A DNA stretch of 63,936 nucleotides, counting the filler, from Reclinomonas americana ATCC 50394 (Eukaryota), in NCBI GenBank assembly GCA_048213135.1. It is 22 parts of 22 records of this genome, joined end to end, with 100 filler letters (N's around TTAATTAATTAA, not from the genome) between each part and the next. Parts side by side here need not be neighbours in the genome. Positions count along the whole stretch, not along the records: positions 24,159 to 32,635 come from AFZH01019680.1; positions 32,736 to 35,493 come from AFZH01019681.1; positions 35,594 to 36,754 come from AFZH01019683.1; positions 36,855 to 39,800 come from AFZH01019684.1; positions 39,901 to 44,494 come from AFZH01019685.1; 17 more parts are not named here. The stretch is one strand, 5' to 3'. The notes under the pieces were generated by a model that worked only from the letters and a program-made list of their open reading frames with translations, was not told the origin of the DNA and made no database searches. Shown here piece after piece: positions 24,197 through 40,010 of this stretch (positions are counted from its first letter, which is position 1; every line of letters starts with the position of its first letter). The position numbers and the translations under genes were made by a program.

Positions 24197-27119
24197 TGAG
24201 AGACTGTTGTCGAAACTGATCGACAGGCAGGCCTCGCTCGGTCTCCGTAGCATCGCGAACAGCCGTGCGACACAGAGCCCCGACCGCGGAGAGCCACTGG
24301 CCGGGCACGTCGCGCGGCAAGTGTGCGGCCACAGTTGCCACCTCCTCAGTCGTGGGCACAGGTCGTGCACTCTCAAACCGTCGGTCATACATGACGGCTG
24401 GAGAGCACTCGAACGATGAGTGGTGTGGCAGAGAAGGAGCAGAGAGCATGTGAGCACGAACCTCGGTCTGCAACACAACAAAATGGACTGCACTTGAAGA
24501 GGCGCGCAGGTCCACTGCGTGCCGAGCATGCACACGGAGCGGGAGGCACATCGTCGATGCCGGGCCGAGCAGGAGGCATGCGGGACAACACTTGTTGCAG
24601 CTGGCGCGTGAAATCTGCCTCGCTAGAGGCGGACGCTGAAAAAGAGGAGGGTTGAGGAGAAGGAGGAGAAGGAGGAGGAGGGCATTGAAATAATACTGCG
24701 CACCGCTGACAACTTGTGTCCACGGTGCCGGTGTCTGCGTTATCATGCAGCTGGTGGCGCCGGAGCGGCGTTTCTCGGGGGCTGTGTAAGGCGGAAGGGG
24801 GGTGAGGAAAAGGATGAGGAGGAGAGAGGGGAGGAGGAGGAGGAGGAGGAGGAGAGGGGGAGGAAAAGGAAAACAGGTGGATGGAAGAGGACGAGTTGAT
24901 GAGAGCGTGAAAGAGAGTGAGTGATGCAGGCAAGCAAATAAAAGAGAGATGAGAGAGAGAGAGAGGAGGAGAGAGAGAGATCGAAGACAAGAGCGGAGAG
25001 TGAAAATCGACGAGGGCGAGGGAGAAGGAACGAGGAAGGGTTGAGTGATGGAGACAAACAGACCGAGGAGAGAGGAAACAAGAGGGAGAAGCGAGCGACT
25101 GCAAGTTACCAAGACAAGAGCGGAGGGTGAAAGCGGACGAGGACGAGGGACATGGATTGATGATTGAGCGAGGAAGGCTAGAAAGAGCAGATGGAAGACA
25201 GGAGGAAGAGGAGACCGTGGAGAGAGAAAGAGAGCGACTGCGAGCAAGCAAGAAAACGGATAAGCGTGGAAGAAAGCAGGAAGGATTTACAATTCAGCAA
25301 GGAAGAGCTGAGTGATTCAGAACGAAGAGAGATGGAAGAGGAGGAAGAAGAGAGAACGACAATCAAAAGGAGAGTGAACAGAGAGTGAGCGATGCAGCCA
25401 ATCTGAAAGAGAGCAAAAAGAGAGAGAAAGAACGAAAAAACATAACGCGAGGAAGGGTTGAGCGATGCAGACAAAGGGAAGGAAGGAAAGAGAGAAAAAA
25501 CAATGACCAGGCTGCAGAGAAAGACCAAACGACAAAAGAGGGCGAGTATGGCAGCCTGCATGGAAGTACGCACGTTCCTCAACGCCAAGGTCACCGGCCG
25601 CTGCGTCCCGTATTCGTTTCCTGCTTGCGGTTTGTGACGGTAATGCACCACCGCCGTGTTCCGCGAGCTCGGTGAAGTGTGGCACCAGCACGCCCAGTAC
25701 TCTGTCAGCCAAGCAGATAATGTGAGAGTGCAGCGTGATTTGCGTTGAGACGCACACCCGTTCCTCGGAGCACAAACCTCTTGTTGACATCGGCAGAGAG
25801 TGCCTTGTCCTCCACCGCACTCGCAGCTGAGAGCTGCATTCGCAAACCGCCCTCGAAGTCCAACGCCACGGCGGGTATCGAAACTGCAGCGGGGTACCGG
25901 TGAGTCAAACAGCACGATTGAATGAGAGAATGATCCACAAACCAGCGCCAACGCGCCGCGTGACAAGCTTCACGAGAGGCGGCCGATTGAGATGCATGGC
26001 GTACCACGACCGCTCCAGACGGAGGTACACGCCACTGTGCGGACTGGAGATGTGAGCGTTCAGTGCGACAAGCGCAGCAGTGGAAGGAAAAAGGCCACGC
26101 AACGAATCCGGAACCGAGGCGAGTTCGGCGGCCTGTGTAGTGGAGAGAGTGAGAGGGCAAGGCAAGTCGATGGTTCAGCAACCGCCCCTCTCTCCCCGTT
26201 GTTCTTCATATCAGCATCTCTTTTCATGCCCGCAGTCTCTCCTATCAGCGCTCTCTGTTCTCTGCCAAGGTGCCCCTGACTCGCCAAGAACTCACCCTTC
26301 ACTTCTCCACGCTCCTCACTGTTCGATTCTCAGTGGCGGTGCCCTTGCATTCCCTTCTACTCGTCAAAAGTACTGCCACTACACCGACGAAACATGACTG
26401 CCCGTCTTTCCCCTCTCTTCTCCACACAATCATCCCGTTTCCTGCCCTTCTTGTGCCTCCCGCTCTCTTTCCCCTTGCCGCCCATCGCACTCACCAAGTA
26501 CTGCGGCGACGCCGACTGCTCGCCTCTCCCCATTCTTCTCCACCTCAGAATCCTTTTCCTGCCCTTCTTTCGTCTCTCTCTCTCTCTCTCTCTCACTCTC
26601 TCTTTCCCCTTCCCCTCCTTCCCTCTTTTGCCCTCCCTTCCCCTCCTTCGCACTCACCAAGTACTGCGACGACACCGACGAAAACATGACCGCCCGTCTC
26701 TCCCCATTCTTCTCCACCTCAGTATCCCTTTTCCTGCCCTTCTTGTGCCTCCCACTTGAGCTCTCCAGTCGCACCACCTTGGTCACCGTCATCATTGTCG
26801 TCGTCATTGTCGTCGTCGTCATCTCCTCCCCTTCTTCTTCGTCTTCCTCTTTCGCCCCTTCCTCCTCCATTTCATCATCATCATCATCATCATCCTCCGC
26901 CTGCGAGTGTGACTGCTGACTGGTGCGGATCACATACGACAGCGATTCGACTTGCTCACACGCAGCAGAAGCAGCTGCGCGTGACGAGTCCTCTTCCACA
27001 AAGAAGGCGCAGTGGAGAGGACTTATACAAGAGGAGGCGAGGGTGTGAGGGTCGTCAGAGGTGGGTGTCAGCCATGGAGCGTGTGTGTGCAGGAAGGCCG
27101 AGAGGTCTTCGGCAAGCAT
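23280..27119 (-). CDS. Hypothetical multi-exon protein
   Basis: Protein-like exons between CT-rich (sense) introns: ~26658-27119 (MLAEDLSAFLHTHAPWL...), ~25960-26132, ~25755-25900, ~25572-25700, ~24210-24400, ~23358-23508 (...MDVLHSALRQQRSETAGSWQAELDW). No family recognised. Confidence 0.5.
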
Positions 27120-28240
27120 CAAGAAGAAAGAGTGAGTGAGTGTGGTTGGGCGGGAAAATTGGTCGAGTGGAATTGGTGGAAGTGGGGTGGAGAAGGCAGC
27201 TGGTGGGGCGAGGTGGTGTCGCCTTCTGTTCTAGTGTAGGACGTGTGTGAGGCGAAGTGAGTGGATCCGGAGGAGAAATCGGAATTCAAATTGCAGGGCA
27301 ACTGCAAATGCACATACATGCGAATCCGGACTACAACAGCGCTAGCGTCCACCTTGCCTATCTGAAGAGCGTGATGGTCACCATCTAGAGCACCTGGAAC
27401 TGAGGCATCTCAGAATCAGTACGAGAATCCAGGAAGTCGAATGTAAATGTCTCCTGGAAATCCACGTGCACGCTGCGTCCAGCTGCACAGGGCTGAAGAA
27501 TTCGCTTCCTGTGCCAGCTGTGAGCAGCAATGGGATTCCGCAGTATTGCTGACTTCCAAGAGTCGTGTTTGTTCTTTGGGAAAGGCCCGGAGAACTTCAT
27601 GAATTCAGCTATTTTGAATTCGATTTCGAAACCGAAGCGTTCGAACTCGAGTCAATTTCGTCTGCAGTTTTCCACGGAGGTCTGCCTGTATTACGATGCT
27701 TCTGCAGACGGCATTTCCATGAAGCAGATAGAAGTATTCATGATTCGAACTCGTGCTTCGAATTCGAATTCGCGAGCTCGCCAGCTGACACGCAGCTTCC
27801 GGAGCCTGACTACTGACCTCATGATCCCTTCTCCAATGCACTGTGCTTGTCAAGAGCCGTGGTTTCTCTTGCAGAAACGCCAGCATTAGCCATCTCGACT
27901 TTTTCTCGCTTTTTTTCGTGATGTCTGAGTTTCTGGTGCTCACTCGAGATGGTGATCATCATGCAGCTGTGTTGCTGTTTGGATTAGTAAAGTTGTTGTT
28001 GTTGTTGCTGTGCTCCAAGTAATAGCACCACTTTCCGCGCTGGGCATGCAGAGCTTCCACCACCTCGAACGTCGACATCGACTTCGCAAGGCTGTCTCTC
28101 TCTCTCGCACCATCAATTCTGTTGGCCCTCATCTCCCCCGCTCACTGACACACCACGACACACCCACCTCCACCACTCCACGTCCTCTTTTTTGTCATGT
28201 GCCACTTGTCCCATTTTTATTTTCGATCACAGTCATCACC

Positions 28241-29016
28241 ATGCAAGCCCTCGGCCTCTCCTTCCCCAGCGACCTCTGGCTCCTCGTGTGCAAATACCTC
28301 CCCATCAACGACCTCACTCGTCTGCGCATTCTCAGCAGAGAATACAAAGGTCACACACACACACGCGTCTCCAGTGTGATTTTTTCGCGCGCGATCACTC
28401 ACCGCACCTCTCACCACAGACGTGATCGACACCAACGCCGACCTCTGGCGCGAGCTCCTCCTCCACACAAACCCCATGCTAGTCGCCCGCCACCTCGCCT
28501 CTCTCACCAGTGGCGCACGCGTGACTGTGGACCTCTCGCGCGCTCACGCAGAAGACGACACTCGACGACTGCTGCGCGAGTGGAGCACGCAGCGAGAGGC
28601 AGACAATGGCAGAGGTGATGACGTGCCATGTTTGTCTGTGCCAGTCGCCTGGCCGCAGCTGGGATGCGCGGTGCTGCAGAGGGCGATTGGACGGCGAAGG
28701 GCGATTATGTGGGAGGCCGATCCGCGCTTTGCCAAGCCGGATCCGCCTCCCGTGGATCAGCAGGGAGTGGCGGGGAGGCAGGTGGTGGTGCCGGTGCAGC
28801 AGGTGCCGGAGTCGTTGAGTAAGAGGGGTGGAAGGGAGGGGGAAGGGAAGGGGAAGGGAAAGGGGAAGGGAAAGAGGAAGGGAGAAGAGGAAAGGGAGGA
28901 GTGTTAGGGTTCTGTAGAGAGTAAGTGATCACTGCGCAGAAAGCTCTGCTTCCATGCTGCTGAGCACGGGTAACTTGATCTTGGGGTTTGGTAAGATCTG
29001 TTGTTCAGCTTGCGTG

Positions 29017-29065
<49 letters not shown>

Positions 29066-31162
29066 GGAGGAATTTAGGGGTTCTGTCGACAGGAGGGGCA
29101 GTGCGGATAGATATCTCCTTTTATGCTTGTGAGAACACAGGCTTCGTCGGGATTGGTGCGCTCTGAAGTTGATCGTGTGTGGTTCTGTCTCTCCCTCGTA
29201 CGAGGATTGTTGGGGTATCGAGAACAGTTCGCATAAGGTCTTCATTTTTCTCCATGTCCTTTTTTTCGTGAGATTGATGCGCTCTTCAGTTGCTCGTGCG
29301 CGTCTCTCTCTCACATTCTGACACACGATGTGTGTCGGGGTTTGTCGGCAGAGCTGTGCTCTCCGTTCTTTCTCTCTATTCTGGCGAGCAGAGGCTCTCA
29401 CAGCCAAGGTGCACTGGACAGTTGATCTTGTTACCTCTCTCTCTCTCTCCGATTGTGGGGGGTTCCGGCCAGCCCGCTTGGGAATGGTAGACTGTGTTGC
29501 GCTCTGCTGTTGATCATGCTTGCGAGGATTCTGGTGTATGAAGAATGCAGGTCACGAAAGGTCTTCTTTCTCTATTTTTTGTTCTGGTGAGCGAGGCCAG
29601 TGTGCTCTCGTGGGTCTTCTCTGTCTCTCGTTCTCTCATGTTTATGAGGATCGTTGGGGTATGAAGTTAGCAGTTTGAATGCTCTTCTTTCGCCCTCTGT
29701 GCTCTCGGGATTTGTACTCTCTCCTGTTGATCTTACGAGCCTCTCTCTCTTGCACGAGGCGTACAAAAAAGCAGGTCACGAAGCATATCTTTATTTCTCT
29801 CTGTGCTGGCGATCAAAGGCAGTGTGCTCTCGTGGTCTTCTCTCTCTCTCTCTCTCTCTCTTTGTATGCAGCGTATTCTCATGGACCATTACCCCCCTCC
29901 CCCCCTTCGCCCTCCTCTCCTCCCCCCCTCCCCACACAGCACCATCCCCACTCAACACCTCTTCGCCGAGGCCCGCACATGGTCGGTCCTCTGCCGCGCC
30001 GCACACATTGCCGACACGCGCATGGTGCCGGGTGGCGGCCGCGTGCTCGCCACCGACAGTCTCATTCGGCAGCGGCAGGAGATGGCCGCACACATCTCCA
30101 CTGTGGCGCTGTCGCCTGTCGCCGACCGAGTGGCCGTGTGCGGCAACGATCGGCGCATTCGCGTCTTTGATTTGTTCACTGCCGAGGCGCCGGAGCAGGT
30201 GTTGCTGTTTGGTGGACACAGGGTGAGTGTCATCCAGTCCAGTTTCCCCAGCTTTTTTTCTTTCGCCTCCTCCTCACCCCCTCCCCACCACCTGCAGGGC
30301 GGCCTCAACGACGCCACATTCTCCCCCGACGGAAGCATGCTGCTGACGGCCGGCGCCGACCGCACTGTGCGCATGTGGAGTGTCGGCGGCCAGCTGGCTT
30401 CCTTTGCGTGCGCCGCCGAAGGTAACCACGCGCTCATCATCCCTTACTCCCCTTTGCTTTTCATTCAACACCCTCCTCCTCCTCCTCCCACAGGCCGCCC
30501 CGCCTCCTCGGTGCGCTCCGAAGGCGTGTCAGCCGTGGCGGCGGTCGGCCGCTCGGTGATGCTGTGGGATCTCGACACGGAGACGCTGACGCAAGAGCTG
30601 CCGGTGATCCCCGACGACTTTTTGTACACGGTGCGCTACGCACTGCCGCACTGCGTGGTGACTGCGTCGAGGTCGCGACTGGTCACCCTCAGCGATCTGC
30701 GTGCCAACTGCAATGTGCGTGTGTTTGGCGCCGGCGCCTACCGCGGCACCGTGTTTTCGTGCGACGTGATTGGCAATGTGGCGGTGACGGCCTGTGCCGA
30801 CAACATACTGCGCGTGTTTGATTTGCGTCGCGCCGACAGCACCATCCAGTGGACCGAGGTTCCGGACCTGGCCACAGTGACGGTGCGTGCGGGAGAGTCC
30901 ACAAAAAAGAAAAGGGCGATCACTTACCGCCTCCCACTTGCGCGCACAGATTGATGAAGTCAAGATCCTGGCCGGCACCATGACCGGCGGCGTCTATCGC
31001 GTCGACCCTGGCGTGCGCGGCTCCGAGCCCGTGCTGCTCCTGCAGGACGATTCGCGCTTGCCGATTTACAGTGTGGCGGCGTCCAGTGACGTACTAGTAG
31101 CCGGCGGCGGCAGCTCTCTCTTGCATGTGATTGACTATAGCGGCACTCGACGAGCACAGTGA
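28241..31162 (+). CDS. F-box/WD40 repeat protein
   Basis: N-terminal F-box-like LSFPSDLWLLVCKYLPINDLTRLRILSREYK..LWR. WD repeats in 29940-31162 (GGHRGGLNDATFSPDGSMLLTAGADRTVRMWS; TACADNILRVFDLR); GT-AG introns; stop at 31160-31162. Confidence 0.85.
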
Positions 31163-31246
31163 CAATGAATGACAAAATCACTTTTTGCAGATTGCAGTTC
31201 TCTTTCATTCACGGCATGCTGCGCGGTTCCCCTACTCATTCCACCC

Positions 31247-35879
<4,633 letters not shown>

Positions 35880-36579
35880 TGATGACGGAGGAGAAGATGA
35901 AGATAGGGACCGCGAAGTTCGACAAGAGAGAGAGAGAGAGAGTGTGTGTGCTCTTTGTTATGTCTTCTGTTGCGTACGAGGAAAGTGGTGGAAGTGTGAG
36001 TGCAGGATCGCGCGAGATTGAACGCTTGCAAAGTTATCGTCGACGTCGACGTATGCTCGTCTATTCTGCTGTTGCTCGCTGTTGTGTGTGGTGGAGAAGG
36101 TGTGCATATAGCGCTGCCATCAATCTCTCACTCGCGCGACTGGTGGGCGGCAGCAGAGTGGGTGCAGCGACGCGCACGGAACTTTGAATTTGCGACGTCG
36201 ATCGCGATTTCTTTGTTTGAGCAGCGCCAGGCCGTTTCGCTTGAGTAGGACGCAAATGGAGAGAAGCACACGCTCAGCGTTATTCCTGCAGTGCAGTGGG
36301 GGCCCGCGGTTTTGAGCGTCAGTCGCGAAGTTGTCCACATACTGCGAGCCAGTCCTGCGTGCACAGGAATCGTAAGTGACGGAGCGGTGAGTTGTGGCAT
36401 GATCGTGTGAGATCGCTGACCCGTTGAACCACCACGTGAGCAGCATGCGCAAGTGGTGGAGTGTGACGGGACTTGCGCCGGATTGCCGGGTTTGTTTTCC
36501 ACAAGACACCAATTGAATTTTCCAGTGCGTCTCTGCTCATCGCACAAACATACTGACAGGTACGTGTGTGTTGTATGTA

Positions 36580-36613
<34 letters not shown>

Positions 36614-36948
36614 GAGGGAGAGGAGGGAGAGAGAGAGAGTGCGTAGATGTGTGGTGAGTGTGCGTGTAGTTAGTACGGTGTACAACTCGCCATGTCTACA
36701 ATCTACTTTCCGCTCCACAAGTAATGTCAGTGACTATCTCTGTCAACGATGTGCNNNNNNNNNNNNNNNNNNNNNNNNNNNNNNNNNNNNNNNNNNNNTT
36801 AATTAATTAANNNNNNNNNNNNNNNNNNNNNNNNNNNNNNNNNNNNNNNNNNNNAAGGGAGAGAGAGAGAGTGCGTGAATGTGTGGTGAGTGTGCGTGAG
36901 TTATAACGGTGTCAACTGCCATGTCTCAATCATTTTCCCGCTCCACAG

Positions 36949-37992
36949 AAATGTCAGTGACTATCTCTGTCAACGATGTGCTGGAGTCGCTTGTGGACGC
37001 TAGCACAGCTGGTGAGTCGTGGCGCATCGTTATCATGATCGTCAAGTTTTACTTTGATGTCAAAAAATGGTCTCACTCGCACAAATACACACTCGCACAT
37101 ACACACACACACTCTCTCTCACTCACGCACTCACTCACTCACTCACGCACACACATACGCACACACACACACACACTCACGTACACACGATCGCCGTCCA
37201 CGTGGTTTTCTGAGCCCTTGTGAGAAAACCAAACTCCGGTTTTTCGAGCTTCTGCTCTCGCTTTCTCCCTCTCTCTTTGCGTCCTCCCTCCCTCTCTATC
37301 TCACCTCCTCCCTCGCTCTCTCTCTCTCTCTCTCTTCCGCTCTCCGTGCGTGTACTTTTTGGACACACTCGTTTCGCACGCACTTCAAAACGTGTCATGT
37401 TCGCGTAAAAAAAAGTACTCATTGCAGCACTGTCTCTTGTAGCGCGCGAACGAGTACATAGCTGGCCAGATCCGGACTGCCATACAGCGCTTGCGTTGAT
37501 TGGGGAAATCACCACCAAGCTGACGCAAGCCATTGGTGATGAGTTTGTGCTCTGCCGCTGCTGCTTTTGTTTCTCGTGCCCATCGCTCCGTGTGCACACA
37601 CAGGCAAGCACTGGCTCGAGCAAACTGTCTCCATCACAGCAGTACGAGACAAGACCGAATCCAGGTCCGAATTCAACTTCATTCTCTTCGAGGCTGTGAC
37701 TGACTATCGCCGAGAACTGCTGTTTGTGACTACCGTGAAAGCACCCCGTCTGTGGAGGAGACTGCTGGAGGGTGAAGGAGTCCAACTGGCTTTCGAGGCC
37801 GAGCGTATCGGGTGTGTTGAGGCGCTGGAGCGCTTCCTCACTGTTCGATGGCCGCGTATTGAAGAAATGTTTCGGCGACTGGCTGGAGAATTAGTGCTCA
37901 CCGACAGTGTGTCACCGACATCGCCGACTTGCGGACTTGATCATGTTCGGTTTCGCCACGTAGACACACCGGCGGCGAGCCTGGTTGAATGA
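36949..37992 (+). CDS. Hypothetical protein (5' part unresolved)
   Basis: Exons ~36949-37011, ~37443-37535 and ~37604-37992 (KHWLEQTVSITAVRDKTESRSEFNFILFEAVTDYRRELLFV...). Confidence 0.45.
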
Positions 37993-38436
37993 TGACGGGT
38001 CACGTGAGATGATCGAGTAGCCGCTTGCATCAAAATCCAATGGCCGCCGCCTTGCTCATCTTTCTCTCGCCTCTCTCTCTCTCTCCCTCACTTTTTGTAC
38101 TCAGTTTTGAATCCACAAACGCACTTTCTCTAAGACTGATCTCACTCTCTTACTGCTCCATTGTTGCATCTCTTCAACTTTGCAGAGTGCTTGTCGTCAA
38201 CGGTCAACAGTACACATGTTATAATGCTTTTAATCTTGCCCTAATCGGCCACCGTTGCAGTACGCATGATAAAGGACTGGCGCAGATCACGGTGGGTACA
38301 GATGGCCTGAGTTGTGGCTTTCGGCAGGTTGTCTCGAGTGGACCATGACTGATGTTCAAAGAGCACACGACATGAGAAATCGCGTGACACGATACGTGCT
38401 GAACTCGAACGAAACTACGCACCTGATATCTCCAAG

Positions 38437-39700
38437 TTAGGGTTGATCCTGCGGCAGAACTATCGGGTATGCGGCCAGTTCCTGTCCACGGAGCACTCGG
38501 GCCTTGTTGTTGTTGAGAAACTTTCTGATGTTCTTCCGCAACTCGACCGCAATCTGATCCACGGATTCGAATCGCCGCGTGGCATCAGTCTGTTCCAGCC
38601 GGCACCAATCATACGGGGTTCCTTCTGGCAACGCTGACTTGATGGCTTCCAGGGTGCTGTCGATCCGCGATCGCTGAAGGCTGCCGCAGCCTAGGAAGAA
38701 CGAAATCCACCAGTAGCGGTACCCAACACAGGCAAGTGCACGTCTCATCACGCTCGCGAAGTGGTAGCACTCTTGAAACAGGGGTTCGCCGTCGTAGCGC
38801 TCGCGTCGGCCGTTCACCACCCGGAAGAAACGAACAGCCTTGTTGTCGCAAAAATGGTCGAGCACTAGAACATCGCATTTTGGTTATATTAGTGGTTATT
38901 CAACACACACGAGAGTTGTCATGTACACACGGCCCCTCACTTCGCGAAACGCAACTTGCAAGACAGTCGTAACCTCGCTGAAGGATAAAGTTCTCTATGG
39001 CCTGCTTTCGGACCTTTGATTCTTGTTGCAGTGTTGTGACTTTGCCTGGAATCATGATGATGACGCATGCGCAAATGAGTTCACACAGGTACAGCAATGT
39101 GTTGATGTGCGTGCAGGTATGCTAGTGTCTGTCTGTCTGACTGTCTGTCTGTCTGTCTCTCTCTCTCTGTGCGTGTCTGTGTGTGCGTGTGCGTGATGTC
39201 ACGCACACCACACAATCCAGAAAAAGACCACCAGGCACATGACGACAATAACCATGTGCTCATTGGCAACCTCGAACAGCTTGCCAAAAGTCCACTGTGA
39301 TACGCTATCTTCTGCAGCAATGCTCATTGTTGACAAGAAACGCTTGCAAGTATGAAAACGCAAATTCGCAGGAAGCCGAAATTTCAATGCTGCAGCGACA
39401 TCACATCCGCGGAACGAGCAAACGATACTTGTCGACTCCCTTTGATCTGTGACTGCGTGAGACATTGACTCTTTCTCGTGCTCTGTCGAAGCGCCAGCTT
39501 CTTCTGGATGATGATCGAAGTGCTGGTGAAGTTGTCGTTTCAGGTTATTTTCGAATTTCCTTGACCCTTGGCCCTTGCGCTTCACCTCTCGACGCTTTAC
39601 TCTTGCGCCCGACAATGAGGAGGTCACTTGGAAACCGTGCAACTTGACATGTCCCGCATTTGTCCCGCAACGGTCATTCACCAAGAGCACGCGCGCAGAC
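38437..39700 (-). CDS. Hypothetical protein
   Basis: Protein-like ORFs 38437-38865 (after a TAG acceptor), ~38975-39050 and ~39255-39650 in a spliceable arrangement; no family recognised. Confidence 0.45.
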
Positions 39701-40010
39701 TCAACAGCGCGCGACAGACGAGCAAGCAAGCAAGCACGCAAGCGAGCGAGAGAGACAGACGACAACCTCCTCCTCCTCTCCTCCTCCATGCAGCGCGAAA
39801 NNNNNNNNNNNNNNNNNNNNNNNNNNNNNNNNNNNNNNNNNNNNTTAATTAATTAANNNNNNNNNNNNNNNNNNNNNNNNNNNNNNNNNNNNNNNNNNNN
39901 CCCCCTCTCTGCTTCTTTCTTCTTCTTTCCTTAAATTTCTTTCCTCACCAATCGTCCTTCTTTTCTCCCCCCTCAATTCATCTACTCCTCACTTCCCACA
40001 CCCAATACAG

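Noticed and set aside
36620..36982. ~130 bp imperfect direct repeat on both sides of the 36755 gap
   Set aside because: The copies differ by scattered single-base indels typical of a low-quality read end; most likely an unmerged contig overlap.
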